A stretch of DNA of 64,000 nucleotides from Octopus sinensis. Lineage: Eukaryota. The notes beneath the pieces are model-generated. The model was not told the origin of the DNA. It did no database searches and saw only the letters and a list, made by a program, of their open reading frames with translations. Location: positions 48,608,001 to 48,672,000 of the forward strand of contig NC_043008.1 in the NCBI RefSeq assembly GCF_006345805.1, written 5' to 3'. The translations under genes were made by a program, and so were the position numbers. Positions 1 through 14,714 of the stretch are shown here, piece by piece; positions within the stretch are counted from its first letter, which is position 1; each line of letters begins with the position of its first letter.

Positions 1-799
1 TTCCTTTTACTTCCTGAAGTTCATTCAAATTTACCCTCAGATCTTTGTTGGCTATACAAAGTGAACTTCATCCAGTTCCTGGGCCTCCTTGTATGTCTTA
101 CTCACCTCTCTTGTTTTATATTGTCCTGGATAGTTTTGCAGTTTTACCACTTCAGCTCATCTTTCATTTCTTCCCCTATCTCCCATCATTGGTAGATGAT
201 TGAGGGGTACTACTAGTTGTGGTCAGGGAAGAAACCCTTAGTTTAATGACTCTTGGCACTGAAGCTATTTATTTCGCTGTCCTCAGAGTTATGACCAAGC
301 TTCTGGGACCAGCTGTTATTGTCCATTTTCTTTCTTTCTCAGTTCCTTTTGGCACAAATTCCTCTCAAGCTGGTTTTACCATCACACATGCAACAACAGA
401 GCTTTCTATCCGGCACCACATACCAAATCATCCTATTTCCATTCCCCAACAATAAGTTACAGTTCTGAGGTTCCTCTGTTGTGTCCAAGAGTCTTCAAGA
501 CCTACATACCCATCCAGACTCCATTCAATCATGTAACATGTCATTACATGTTCTCAACACTTTCCCCTCTTTGCTAGAAAGGTTACAATGAGCCAAGGAT
601 CACCCTGTCCTTTGCTTTGATCTCCATGCCACATCAGTCTATATACTACAGCACCAGCCTCTGGGCAGGTGTGCAGGCCCCAGTTTGGCCTGCTTTCTTA
701 CATTGTCCTTAGTTTTGGAAAACCGGGTACACTCATCCATAGGCAGGAGAAAGAAAAAAAAACAATAAATTTCTGGAACTCTCTAGAATATGTTATCAC

Positions 800-1230
800 A
801 TAGGTGTAAGAGTGGCTGTGTGGTAAGTAGCTTGCTTACCAACCACATGGTTCCAGGTTCAGTCCCACTGCATGGCACCTTGGGCAAGTGTCTTCTACTA
901 TAGCCTCAAGCTGACCAAAGCCTTGTGAGTGGATTTGGTAGACGGAAACTGAAAGAAGCCCGTTGTATATATGTATATATATATATGTATGTATGTATGT
1001 GGGTGTGTATACGTCTGTGTGTTTGTGTTTGTCCCCCCCATCGTCACTTGACAACCAATGCTGGTGTGTTTATGTCCCTATAACTTAGTGGTTCGGTGAG
1101 AGAGACCAATAGAATAAGTACTAGGTTTACAAAGAATAAGTTCTGGGGTCGATTTGGTCGACTAAAGGCGACGCTCCAGCATGGCCACAGTCACATGACT
1201 GAAACCAGTAAAATAGTAAAAGACTAAAAG
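800..1230 (+). mobile_element. tRNA-derived SINE, family 1 (central TA/TG microsatellite)
   Basis: A-box-like TGGCTGTGTGG, B-box-like GGTTCAGTCCC, body ending ...ATGACTGAAACCAGTAAAA; several more copies in the window. Confidence 0.85.
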
Positions 1231-1954
1231 ACATATTCCTCAAAGATAGAAACAATGGTAAACCAACATGTCACCCATCAGAAATGCAGGACTGAGGCAA
1301 CCTGTCAATACATACATTTAAAACACACACACACACACACACATGATGGTATTTCAGTTCCAAATATTAACAAAAATCTAGCTGTATAGCCCCAGTTCAG
1401 CTCAAATGGGGATTAAAGTTAGGGTTAAAGTAATTCCTTTTGGGATCATCCCACCTTGTTTTTCCTTGAAAGAAGCCTAGGTTCACCTTATCCAACGTAG
1501 GCATCAGTTGAGGGAAATTTTACTGCTCTTTCTAGCAACCATGTTTAGTGATATCGAGAAAAATTTCCTGATTTTTAGAGACTTTGCTAAAATAACGTTT
1601 TTATAATCTTGGAATTTTAAAGGTATCACTTAAGAGACATTGAAGAAGAGGATGGCTTATATGAAGCTGTTCTGATGCCAGAAAAAAAAGTGTTACCGAG
1701 ATTCGATATCATCATCATCATCACTGTCATCATTATTGTTGCCATTTTCATCATTGTCATCATCAACAGTAGCAATAGCAACAACAACAGCAACACTATA
1801 ATGTCTGTTTTCCCAGACAGAAGCTCATTAACATCTCAGATATCTCACAGAAGATTGTAACGATATTCAATTATTAAAGATAAGGCACACACACACACAC
1901 ACACACACACACCACACACACACACATATATATATATGACTGTATGTATGTGTA

Positions 1955-2001
<47 letters not shown>

Positions 2002-2916
2002 GTATGTATATTTATGTATGCTTACACATATTTATGTATGTATACACACAGTTGCATCCACTTGCACATATATGTAAAGGTAAGTGTATCAACAAATGAA
2101 AACTGTACACAACACATCCACAAGATGTAGTGTGTACATTTTTAGTTGTTGATATGCGTACCTGTGTGTATATATATATACACACGCTGTGTGTGTGTAT
2201 TAAACGTATGCATTGACAGGTTTCTTCAGTCCCGTGTTTCCGATGATTGAAATGTTGATTTACTTTTAGGAAACTTTAAGTAATGCACAGCTAAATCAAC
2301 CTGTTAATACACACACACACACATATATACCCACTATTATGCTCACAAATATATATATCTGTGTATATGTGTGTCTATATATATGTGTATGTGTGTGTGA
2401 CCAAGTGTATGTATGTGTGCGTATGTATACATATACACATGCCTATGCATATACATATATATATATATATATGTATGTATGTTTGTGTGTGTGTGTGTGT
2501 GCATATACAGGTTTGAAGTATAACATATGAATTCAGAGAACTGTGTGGCTATCACAGAAAGCTCTTCTAATGGATTTAGCTACCAGACCACATTGAAATT
2601 CAATACGAGATATAGAGTGTCCATGCAACTGAGATCCAAAACCTCAGATCAATGCATGAGGAACATATAAACCATAAAATATCAGGAAGTATAAGAGATG
2701 AATATATTTACTAAACCACTTGACATCCTTAGGATTGCAGCTGTTTGGCAGCTTTCTTCAGGAAATAATAATTTCAGAGTGAAATCAAATTATATTTACA
2801 CGTTTACATTTATTTGCATGTTATGCATTATAAAATACAATTGCATAGACTCAAGTCAATGCAAATAAAAAAATCACCAAAGCATCGTTATTACATCAAC
2901 AATTCAACTCTATGTA

Positions 2917-4130
2917 TACTGGGATTGCCAAAAAGTCCAATTGGTTTTTGTTGACACTAAACTTCCAGTAGCTAACTTACACCAGTCCCTCGTGCATGCA
3001 CACTTGTTAGATACTTGAAACTTCAACTCAGTTTGATGCAAAACTTGCAACATGACAGGTTGTATTTTGTGAACTTGGGATCAACCTGGAAATTGAAAAC
3101 CAAAACAAACATTCTCAACACCTTGTGCCTTTTTATTTTTAAAACAGTGAGAATGCAGTAGAAACCTGTGGGAAGATATGCACTGTGAATGGAGAGGATG
3201 TTGTTAAGGAACATGTGTGCCAGAAGTGATTTTCAAGATATCGATCAGGAAATATTTTGATCCAAGAGGCACCTCACTCTAGCTGGCCAACTGAAATTAA
3301 CAGTGTCACCAGTCCCCATTATACAACCAGGATGATTGTAGATATTCCTCAAATACCCAAATTAAGTGTTGCAAAACAATTTGTATGAACTTGGATACAT
3401 CAGCATGTTTGATGTTTGGGTCCCACATCAACTGAATGAAGATAACTCACCCAACAGATTTCTATCTCTGATACATTGCAAGAACATGAAAAAAAATTAT
3501 CCATTTTTTAAGAGGATGATGACAGGGGACAAAATATGAAGTGCCTATAACGATGTGAAGCACAAACGATCATGGAGGAAGTGCAGTAAACCACCACAAA
3601 TAATCTCCAAAACATGAGTTTACTCAAAGAAGTGTGATGCTTTCAATTTGGTGTTGTTTATAACAAGCTTTTTCCTATAGACAGGGCCATCAAGTCAGAT
3701 GTGTACTGTGACCAGCTGGACAAATTAAACGCAGCAATCCACCAGAAACATCCAGCACTTACTAATTGTAAGGTCATTGTCTTTCATCACAACAATTCCA
3801 AACCACACACTACTTTGCAAACATGACAGAAGTTACTAGGGCTTGGCTAGGGAGTTTTGTCTTCAAATTTCCTCCCATCTTGGTCTTTTCAAAATCCATT
3901 GAATGAACTGACATTCAACTCTGAAGAGGATATAATAATTCACCTGGAAGAATTTTCACCAGTAAAAACAGGAAATTCTTTGAGCAGGGAATAATGGATT
4001 CACTAAGAAGATGGCTAGAGATACAGGAACAAAATGATAATTATATCATAGAATGAATACGTTAGTTTGTGTTTAAAACATGTGTCTTATTTTCATTCAA
4101 AAATGAACAGATTTTTTGGCCAACCTAATA
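2917..4130 (+). mobile_element. Decayed mariner DNA transposon (~1.2 kb)
   Basis: Imperfect TIRs (CTGGGATTGCCAAAAAG / TTTTTTGGCCAACCTAAT); transposase remnants WVPHQL (~3418), MMTGD (~3516), FHHNNSKPH (HDNARPH-like, ~3782), with stops and frameshifts. Confidence 0.85.
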
Positions 4131-4194
4131 TTATACAAACATGTGTGTGTGTGTGTGTGATACGCATTCACACATATATACACATATATGCTCA

Positions 4195-4227
<33 letters not shown>

Positions 4228-5074
4228 CATAGATAAGCAGACAGACAGACAAGGCATGTTATTCATATAGAAGATTCTAGAAATACCCAAATATTTCTTT
4301 ATAGTCAGCTTTTAAATGCCCGCACTTATCATGGTGGAAGCCCACTTTTGCACAACAAAGACAAGGTTAAAGGAAAGTTTGAGGCAAATGGAATTAGATC
4401 TACAATGTTAGATCCATAATGTTGAATCACTTTGTTAAAATGAAGTCTTTTAGAGAGTTTACAGTTTGAAGAAAAGGTGATTGGAATGTAAGAACATAAT
4501 CCACTCACGTTAGAACAAAACCTTACTCTGCTTTGGCCTCTAAAACATGTACATGCCTAACAGATCTATCAGTTGTGGTGTAGGTCCAAGATTGGCCTTG
4601 CTGTTCAGAAAGCAATGACTGAGACACACACTCAGAAGCTAAAATGCAATCCATGTAGTCACACTTGCAAGCTTAGACAGAGCTTCTCACATAACAGGAC
4701 AGGCTCTCAGCCAACAGAATTTTAATCATTTTCATTAAGTTCATCATATTTTAAGGTGGTCAACTGAAAAACTCTAAGTGGCATTTCGTTCTAAGTTCAA
4801 ATTCTTTGTTGTTCATCCTTTTGGGGTTGATAAAATAAGTAAAAATTTGATAGGGGTTTATATAATCAACTTCCTCCTCCTCTCAAAACCTGCTGGCCCC
4901 AGTACCAAAATTTGAAACCTTTAATTTTATCATATTTCTACCAATTTTGCCATATTTTATCTACTTTTTATCAATTCTGCTTTCCATTTGGCTTCTATCA
5001 GGTTTTATGAATAATTTCTTATCCTTTGACTGAGTATACACATATTGTTGCTGATGGTAGAAACCATATATATA

Positions 5075-6135
5075 TCATCATCATCATCTAGTGTCTGCTT
5101 TCCATGCTGGCATGGGTTAGATGGTTCGACTGGGACTGGGAAGTCACCAGCACTGGCATTGACCATATTTCACTTACCTTGACATATCTTCTCAAGTGTA
5201 GCCAATCACCAGACGTCTCTGTGTGGCTCAACAACCAGAGATCATATTTTACCACCTTGTCCTGCATCTTCCTACGTCTACCCCTTCCATAGTTCTTTTC
5301 ACAATTAGAGACTGATACTTCTTTATGCAGCTGTCCTCATCAATGTGCATCACATGACCATACCAGTGCAGTTTTCTCTCTTATACTCTATACAGGTAAA
5401 CTCCTACCTGTACACTGAATTCATTGCTATATTCATCATTACCAACTTCCACCTTACTGACAGCATCCCTGTACTTGGTTTGTACAGCTCTTACCAACGA
5501 CTTATCTATCCCTAGTTTCTGCATTGACCAGCAGATAAGAGAGCAGGTTACCCTGTCAAAGGCTTTCTTTATGTCAACAAAAGCCAAGTACAGAGATGCA
5601 TTTTTGGCTAAGTATGTCTCCAAGAGGAGACCAGGAATATAGCATCAGTAGTACTTCTCCCCGGCACAAAACCAAACTGCATCTCACAAGGGCAGCCGGT
5701 CTTAAATTCCTCTGTTATGGCTTGGAGGACTATAATGAACAAGATGGGACTGAGAACCAACTCTTGGGGGACTCCTACCTGTACACTAAATTCATTACTA
5801 TACTCATTGCCGACTTTCACCTTATTGACAGCATTCTTGTTCATGGCTTGTACAACTCTCACCAACCACTCATCTATCCCTAGCTTCCATATTGCCAGGA
5901 TACCCTGTCAAAGACTTCCTTCATGCTGACAAAAGCCAAGTACAGAGGTTTATTCTTGGCTAAATACTTCTACAGTTGCCTTATCAGGGATATACCATCA
6001 GTAGCGCTTCTACCTATCATAAAACAAAACTGCATCTCATCTGGGCTAACTCACTTTCTAATTAGTTAAGCTATGACCCTCTCTGTAACTTCCACCACCT
6101 GGTCCACAAATTGATAACTCTGTAATTATTTCTGT
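5075..6135 (-). mobile_element. RTE-clade LINE fragments with internal duplication
   Basis: LYLAFVDIKKAFDRV, QFGFVPGRSTTDAIF, VGVPQELVLSPILF; (CAT)n tail at the left end; RT segment present twice. Confidence 0.85.
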
Positions 6136-6298
6136 TGCTTTTACCTCTGTAAAAAAAGTAAATATATGTACATACATACATGTATGTATGTATGTGAATG
6201 TACATTTATGTTTATGTACATATATATGTGTATATAAATTATATAAATATATATATGTATATATAAGAACATGTATTTATGCATGTGCGTGTGTGCGT

Positions 6299-6329
<31 letters not shown>

Positions 6330-7502
6330 CACATGCTTGCATTATATTAATATGTTTTTATGTACACTAACACACCTTAACCAAAGTTAAACATAAATTT
6401 ATGAAATCCATTAACACTTAGCTTTTTGAATGAACAAATTTAAAAGAACTCGTTTATAGCATGCTTCTTATGTTACTAGTTTCAGAAAAGTCCATTAGCG
6501 ACACACCTTTCAAAGAAATTCATCAAACATTACAGAGACCCATCCTATCTTTTGAATAAAAGAACTGACCTACCATTTTAACAGAACATCACTAAAAGGT
6601 GAAACCTTAAGTACACTGGTCTGTGGGTATTTAGTGTAATATCCACGTCAAAGGATGTAAATTGTTGAAGGGGGTTAAGTCTAGTCTTAATTTTGAATAG
6701 CTTCATAATTGTGTTAAATGAAATATCTTTGAGAGTTTGGTCAGAGAAAAAAATGGTAAAAGATGTTTAGTGTGTTGAGAAGCTTGAACAGTTGATTAGG
6801 GTTGTAGGAATAAGAGTGATCCTTAATAATGGTAACTTTGAAGAGGGAAATGAAGGAACTCCCTTGCAGGTTTAGATTTTATAGCTTTTATAGCAATTCA
6901 GTATTTTTCAAATCATTTGGCAATTGTTGCCAAATGTTGAAAATGTTTGCTGTTCAGTGTTGTTAATGAGAAACAGACTACATCATCCAACATGTCCTAC
7001 TTTTTCTAAGATTTAAGGGAGATTTGGTGGCTATGCCTAGTAAGTCAAACAACTGTGCAGAAACTCCCTCCATAGCTTGTTAAAAGATTGCCAATATACA
7101 CAGATACATGTTTCATCCATCTTCGTGTTCTGAGTTCAAATTCCACTGAGGTTGACTTTACCTTTCATCTTTTCAGGGTTAATAAAATATGAGCCACTGG
7201 GGTTGATGTAATCAACATGCTCCCTCCCCTAAACTTGCTGGCCTTGTGCCAAATTTTGAAGCCAATTTATACGGGTACATGTGTGGAGAATCAGTAGAAA
7301 TGATAAATAATTGGAGAAAATGTCTTGCAGTGTTTTGTTATGTCACTTTATATTCTGTGTCCGAATTGCATCAGATGAGTTGTGGCTGTCATCCTTTCAG
7401 GGTTAATTAAACAAAATACCACTCAAGTACAGGAGCTGATTTAATTGGCTTTACATCTCCTGATGTATAGCCTTGTATCAATATTACAAACTAATATCTC
7501 AC

Positions 7503-7660
7503 AGAGTGGTTGGCATCAGGAAGGGCATCCAGCCGTAGAAACACTGCCAGATCAGACTGGGCCTGATGCAGCCTTCTGGCTTCACAGACCCCAGTTGAAC
7601 CGTCCAACCCATGCTAGCATGGAAAGCGGACGCTAAATGGTGATGATGATGATGATGATA
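7503..7660 (+). mobile_element. RTE LINE 3' tail fragment
   Basis: ...CCATGCTAGCATGGAAAGCGGACG...(GAT)n, same tail as the RTE at 60720-61510. Confidence 0.8.
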
Positions 7661-7694
7661 AGTGTCTCCATGTATCAATATATGTACATGTATA

Positions 7695-8172
7695 GGTTCA
7701 GGCTTGACTGTCTGGTAAGAACTTTCCTTCCCAACCACATGGGTCCAGGTTCAGTCCTACTGCATGGCACCTTGGGCAAGAGACTTCGACTATAGCCTTG
7801 TGCCGACCAAAGCCTTATGAGTGGATTCAGTAGATGAAAGCTGAAAGAAACCTGTCATATCATCATCATCGTCGTTTAACGACCGTTTTCCGTGCTGGCA
7901 TGGGTTGGACAGTTTGACTGAGGTCTGGAGACCCAGGAGGCTGCACCAGGCTCATATTTATCTGTGTTTGTCCCCATCATCACCACCACTTGACTACCAG
8001 TGTTGGTGTGTTTATGTCCCTGTAACTTAGTAGTTCACCAAAGAGACCGATAGAAATAGTATCAGGCTTAAAGATAAAAGTGCTGGGGTTGATTCATTCA
8101 ACAAAAATCCTTCAAGGTGGCGCCCCAGCATGGCCACAGTCTAATGACTGAAACAAGTAAAAGATAAAAGAT
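7695..8172 (+). mobile_element. SINE family 1 with a nested antisense RTE tail (~7858-7955)
   Basis: Colinear with 800-1230; interrupted by CATCATCGTCGTTTAACG... Confidence 0.8.
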
Positions 8173-8549
8173 TTAAAAGCTATTAATATCTACATGTATC
8201 AGTATCTACATGTATCAATGTCAATCTGTATCAGTTAGATAGTTAGCCTCACAACTTGGGTTCAATTCTTGGCCCATGCAGTTAGAACAAAGACCAGTGG
8301 AAACACACAATAAACTAATACTTTACAAACTCAATTTTGTGTAAACTTTTTTTCAAATGAGTTGTTATTGTTGTTGTTGTTGTTTAACCATCGGTCAGAC
8401 GTGCTTGAATGGATCTATGATCAGAAGCATTCCATTCATGACCATCCTATCGATTTTGTACTTCAGAGACTTCACTGTTCACTGTATTCTTTATGTAAGA
8501 AGGACAAGATTTGGCTGCTATTTCTTGCAGATCATGCAACTGGGTAGTG

Positions 8550-8748
8550 CAGTGGTTCTCAACCATTTTAATTTCTGAGCCAAATACGAAACCCGGATGT
8601 TTTTAGGGGGCTGACACACCAAAGAGTAAATCACAAGTCAATTAAAGAAAAATTTATTATATTTATAAAGGGAAGACCATCAAGGGCCAGGAGAAGGATG
8701 CTTGGGAGCTGCATGCAGCCCTGGGAGCCGTGATTGAGAAGTGGTAGC
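8550..8748. mobile_element. Possible hAT/Charlie-type MITE relic
   Basis: Starts CAGTGGTTCTCAACC; degenerate right end; similar terminus GGTTGAGAACCAC near 26791. Confidence 0.4.
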
Positions 8749-9127
8749 ACAGGGGCTTCCTCATCAGTTCAGATTACATGGGCTTTTTGTTATCTTATGT
8801 GAGTTTGTTGGAGTAACGTTTGTCTGCTCTTCATACAAAATATATCTAATGTCTGTGGATGCATGTCTATGAGTCTCTCTCTCATAGGCATACACTTTAG
8901 TAAAATCAGATAACTCGGCAAACAATTGCACATACATGCACACATACATCCCCCCCTCTCTCTCCACATACACACACACACATGCACACATGAAACAGTA
9001 TTTTTTGTTAGAAAGAGACAAAGCGACACCACAGACTTGACTACAGAAGTCGATAGTATTTTGTACTGAGTTTATACTATATAGTTAGTTATAATACATT
9101 TATAATAGCTGAACATACATATATACT

Positions 9128-9165
<38 letters not shown>

Positions 9166-9914
9166 ACTTGGCTATCAATTGCACATACATGCATACATAC
9201 ATTCCCTCTATCTCTCTCTCTCCACATACACACACACACACGCAGTGCCATATCCTCACGTAGTTGATTTTTGTGTTTGTTCTTTGTTTTATATATATAT
9301 ATATACATATACACACACACTCACAGACTCACAGACATTTGCATGCATTGCTGTAAAACCAGAATACATGAAACATGTGCACATACACATTTTCACACAA
9401 ATACACACACACATACACACAAGCACATGCATACATGCACGCACACACACAAACACACACGCACACACACACTCACACACACACACTCACACACACATTC
9501 ATTTGTACAGAAAGAGAATTCTGTACAAACAATGCCATCTTTACCAATGGTGGAACAATAGTAATCCAAAGTTATTAAAGCTCTGTATAGTAAGAATTAC
9601 TGATAATACATTTCCTTGATTATTTCACCAAGCTTTTGTCAATGTTGTTTCTAACTGTACATGTTTCTGTACATACCCCGTTCTAAATATTTTGTTTTAT
9701 ACCCTGAGAACTGTCTTTTACTGTATTTCTCACTGCTGTCATTAAAAGAGATATTTCCAAAAATAGTCAGAATTCACACACAAAACAGAAATACTTTTAG
9801 ATTAATAGAAGAAAGGACCAAATATAAAAGTTGCTTAGAAAAAAATTCACTTATCTAACTAATTGAAAATAAAATTATTATTATCATTATTATTATTATT
9901 ATTATCATTATTAT

Positions 9915-10285
9915 TTCTTTTTACTCCAGCTTTTGTTGGAACTTCTGGAGTCTTGCTGCCTGCAGCCTACAGTACCATACTATCTGTTCTTTTCAACTAA
10001 TACTTTCCTGATCATTCTGGCCTTATTTGCTCAGCTTTTGCTCTAGCAGATGTTATACTGACACTATACTAAAAGAGTGAGCTATTTCCAATAGCCAAAG
10101 GTCCTTTGGGTCATTTCTTCTCCTTCAACTTCACCTAACACTCTTCTTAGAATCCCTGCTGTTCCTAACAAGGCTGTTTCCTCCTACAACACTCCCATCC
10201 TGATGGTAATTCCTACCTTCTCAAGTCATGCAGCCAATGTTTTACTAACTACTCCCAGTGCACCAGCCACAATAAGTGTCATTTC
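9915..10285 (-). mobile_element. R4/Dong-like non-LTR retrotransposon 3' fragment
   Basis: Minus-strand IVAGALGVVSK and TALLGTAGILRRVL, typical of the restriction-like endonuclease C-terminus; tail runs into (TAA)n. Confidence 0.6.
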
Positions 10286-10739
10286 TATGTGCTTCATTCT
10301 TCATAGTTTTTCTCATTTTTCGCTCTATATCCTCTCTCTTTCTCTCTCTGCCCTTCTCTCTCTCCCCCTCTCTCTCTCTTAATTATTATTATTATTGCTG
10401 TTGTTGTTGTCGTCTTCTTCTTCTTCTTCTTCTTCTTCTTCTTCTTCTTCTTCTTCTTCTTCTTCAATCAGGACTCGCGCCATTAGCCACAAAGAATAAT
10501 CTCTAATTCGAGCCCCCTCTTAGCTACTAAGAATGCATGTGGCAACTTGAAGATCCATCCACCACACGCAATAGACTGGCGGTTGCATGGGCGCAAAAGC
10601 TATGTTGTTATCCTCATTCCGTAAACGGTGGCTTTTAACGGGTGGAGAGCTGAACCATCCTGGGGTACAGAAGATTCGCAATCTAAACTAGGGTCTGAAA
10701 GTTTACCACACTATAGTGGGTTACACCATGGTTCCTCTG

Positions 10740-10945
10740 CTTTGTGGCAGAAGTAGGAAGAAAGAGTGAGAGAAAGTTGTGGTGAAAGGGCACAGCGGGG
10801 TCAACCCCCCCCCCCTCCGCCGGAGCCTCATGGAGCTTAGGTGTTTTTGCTCAATAAACACTCACAATGCCCGGTCTGGGAATTGAAACCGTGTTCTTAC
10901 GACCACAAGTCTGCTACCCTAATGACTGGGCCATTGCACCTCCAC
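10740..10945 (-). mobile_element. tRNA-derived SINE head (separate family)
   Basis: Minus strand GGAGGTGCAATGGCCCAGT...GGTTTCAATTCCC, A/B-box-like. Confidence 0.6.
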
Positions 10946-11422
10946 TGATGTTGTTGTTGCCAGTAAGGGCAGGCAATTGTTCCTTACCTGGTGGTCTTAG
11001 TGAAAAAGGTTGTGTCGTGGACCAGACTGAAAGGGCTGAAGACAGATACTTGCCTCTTTGGCCAAGCCCTCATCAATTTTTCCAAGTTTCACTTGAAGAG
11101 GAAAATGAGGATAGAGAGGGAAGTGCTGCCTTCCTATAATTTTGTGAAAAGGTAGGTGAATGTTGCAAGAATATTCTGAGTGAATGGGCTTACTCTAAGA
11201 TGTGCCTGTAGGTTGAAGGAGAACAATGTGGAGAAGGCAATTGCCCCAGTGGTCAGGGCAGCCCTAGGAAGTCTACCTCTTCTGGGAAATTATTCATTGT
11301 TATAATTTTTTACTTTTTATATGCTTTTACATAACCCCACATTGTATTGTCCTCTGCTGTCCGCAATGTGTCGTGAACCCTTAGTGGTTAATAAAGAAAC
11401 ATTATTATTATTATTATCATTA

Positions 11423-11630
11423 TGGTAGTGAGCTAGCAGAATCATTAGTACATGGGGCAAAATGCTTAGCAGTATTTCATTTGTCTTTACATTCTGAGTA
11501 CAAATTCTGCTGAGGTTGACTTTGCTTTTCATCCTTTCAGGGTCTGTGAAATAAGTACCTGTCAAGCACTAAGACTAACCTCCTCTCACAAAATTTCAGG
11601 CCTTTTACCTATAGCAGAAAGGATTATTAA
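11423..11630 (+). mobile_element. SINE family 2
   Basis: GAGCTAGCAGAATCATTAG...TTCTGAGTACAAATTC...TTTCATCCTTTCAGGG; partial copies near 4780, 7125, 7350, 11720. Confidence 0.75.
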
Positions 11631-11779
11631 TATTATTGTTATTATTATTATTAAGGCAGCAATCTGATTGGATCCTAGGTACAATGGAAAACATACTCAG
11701 CAGAGTTTCTTCTAACTCTTTATGTTCTGAGTTCAAATTCCATCATGATTAACTTTGCTTTTCATCCTTCTGGTATCGC

Positions 11780-12075
11780 TTCTACACCTGCTCTATTCAC
11801 CAGATTTAGCACCAGCAGACTTCCATCTCATCCCCAAGATGAAAATGCAGCTCAAAGATCACCATTCTAACACTGTTGTCAAGATCTAGAGCAAACCACA
11901 AAAGTTCCTCAACTTGCTTAGGAAAACGACTTCCAGGCCAGATTCCAAAAGTGGGCAGGAATGCTAGAAATGGTGTATTACTGCACCAGGTGACTACTTC
12001 AAAGGAGATGATGTTAAAACTTAGGTAGATAATTTATTTTTTATTAAACATAACTAGTCCGGAAACTTCTTGAAA
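11780..12075 (+). mobile_element. Mariner transposase 3' fragment
   Basis: TATTCACCAGATTTAGCACCAGCAGACTTCCAT = YSPDLAPADFH. Confidence 0.8.
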
Positions 12076-12259
12076 TATGTTGCTGTACAGATAGCTTTCT
12101 GTAACCTCAGCAGTGGCTCTCTCCCAGTCTGTAATTATTCATGTCATTAATTGTAAGTATCCAATAACAATCATCTTTAAGTGTGGCAGCAATAAGTATT
12201 TCAGTTAAAAATGTGTGGGTTTAGCTTCAATTATTCATGCAGCCAATGAAATACATTTT

Positions 12260-12450
12260 CATTCAGCAACTCGACAACAGCAACCAACCACATATAATGA
12301 CATGAGGTGACACCACCTTCCTGGGCAATGTCTCTGAAGACCCATTCTGAGACATTCGGTGAAGAGCTTTGGGAAGATGGTATCTCCTTGTTTAATGCCC
12401 TTCTCAACTGTAGCTCTCATTGTGGGTGATGTAAAAACCAGAAACACAAC
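12260..12450 (-). mobile_element. RTE-type RT fragment
   Basis: KGIKQGDTIFPKLFT motif in ORF 12259-12480. Confidence 0.65.
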
Positions 12451-12730
12451 ACTGACAACAGCCACCACCACCACCACCATGACAATTATTGGTTTTTCTC
12501 TCCGTTGTTGGATGATGGGTTACTGTTATAAGGGTTGGGATACAGTGGGACCCATAAAGTCATGACAGCATGGGAAAACGGATGTTAAAACAAGCATCAG
12601 GGCAACGATGATGATGGTGGTGGTTGGTGGTGGTAATGACTAAGTGTAAGACCAATTTATGAATCGGAAATCTATAAGAGAAGTGAAAATACTGAAAGAC
12701 ATTTGAGTGTTTCTGACAATTCAGTACCAT

Positions 12731-12787
<57 letters not shown>

Positions 12788-13364
12788 AAGAACTATGTCT
12801 TACATAGGCACAAGCTCAACTATTTATAGAAGCCAAAGCAGCTGATCAAGACGACCCAGTAATTAACTGGGTTGTTATTTAACGAACTCTGAAGCATGAA
12901 AGGCAATATCCATTGTAGTGTGATTTTAACTTTGATGGAAATTTAATACTTTAATTAATCAATACATAATTTGATCAACCTATGAACAGCCGAGAACAGG
13001 AAGAACTATAATTAAACATTACTTGGTGCTGTTGTCCATCATTCGTCTCAGTTCTTCTCTTTCTACTGTGCTAATATTGGTTTCAGATTTTGGCACAAGG
13101 CCAGCAATTTCAAGGGGTTGGGTAAGTCGATAGCATCTGCCCTTATATTGATGACAATTTATAAAAGTATTGTTCAGAGAAACACCACATGTATTTATGG
13201 AGGAGGAATAGGAGAAGGGAAACCAACAACACCATTCGGTCATTGGTATTTGTGTTAATTGACCGTGGAAGGATACACTGGCAACGTTGAGCCATGTTAC
13301 ATATGAATTCACAAAGAGAAGAGATATCATATGATACCACTTAACAGTTACCTGGCACTCTACA

Positions 13365-13433
<69 letters not shown>

Positions 13434-13509
13434 GCTTATAATAATGACTTGTTATATGCTTACTACTCAGCAACATTACACACCACACACACCAGCATTA
13501 TAAAATAGA

Positions 13510-14142
13510 CACATGAGCTGTGTTGTTCAGAAGCTTGCTTCCAAAGCATATAATTTCAGGTTCAATTCTGCTACATGGCATCTTGGGCAAGTTTCTTTAC
13601 TACAACCCAGGGAAAACTAGTCTCATGGGTGGATTTAGCAGACAGAAAGTGAAAGAAGCCTGTCATGTGTGTGTGTGCGCGCGTGTGTGTGTGTGTGTGT
13701 GCGTGCGTGTGTGTGTGTACCCTTGCCTTGACATTATGTGATATTTGTAAGTAAGTATCACCATCGTAAAAGTGGTGTTGTTTGTTTCCAGTCGCCCATG
13801 AAGAACATGTCTTGTCTAGAAAGAGGAAAGGGTTGTCAACAGGGAGGACACCTGGTCATAAAAATGTGCCTCAGTGAATTCCATCCGAACCAGGAAAGCA
13901 TTGAAAAGTGGACGATGACAACAATGAGTATGATGACGATGAGGTTGATGGCGATGATGAAGAGGATGATAAGTTATGGAGAAAAAGGACTAGTAGTTAT
14001 TCTATCGAATCATTTGCCGAACCGCTAAGTTACAGGGACGTAAACACACCAGCATCAGTTGTCAAGCGATGTTGGTGAGGACAAACACAGACACACAAAC
14101 ATATACACACACATACATATATATATATGCATGCATATATAT

Positions 14143-14197
<55 letters not shown>

Positions 14198-14325
14198 ATA
14201 CATATATACGATGGGCTTCTTTCAGTTTCCGTCTACCAAATCCACTCAGAAGGCTTTGGTTAGCCCGAGGCTATAGTAGAAAACACTTGCCCAAGGTGCC
14301 ACATAGTGGGACTGAACCCGGAACT
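13510..14325. mobile_element. Two SINE family 1 related copies in opposite orientation
   Basis: 13510-13760 (+) head; 13995-14325 (-) matches the reverse complement of 800-1100. Confidence 0.7.
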
Positions 14326-14714
14326 TGTTGAAATTGCCTGGTTATTTTGGGAATTGTAAGAAAGAATATTATTGAAGGTGAAATGAAAGGAATAGCATCT
14401 CTGAATGTCAGATATTTATCAACTTCTGTTTTGTGAGTTGTTATTGTGCTTCAATTTACACCAAGAAGTAATTAATATTAATTAACTGTGGAACAGAATT
14501 GAAGACATTCAAATAATAACGAGTTTCTTTGTATATTGCCAGGGCTCAGATGCACTACAACTTGTTAGAAAAGGTTAAAAGAGGGGACAGAGAGTAAAGT
14601 AAAGAAAGGCAGTAATGAAGGCTAGAAACAGATGCACAGCATACAAAAAGAAACCATAAAAGAGAGAAAAAGGAGACATTAAAAGAGTCAGAGAAAGGAA
14701 AAAAGCAATCAGAC

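Noticed and set aside
2725-2770. Hammerhead-like motif on the minus strand (CTGAAGA-AAGCTG...CAGCT-GCAA)
   Set aside because: GAAA is broken and there is no convincing stem I
1885-9561. Many 60-150 aa ORFs rich in YI/HT/CV
   Set aside because: Dinucleotide microsatellite translations
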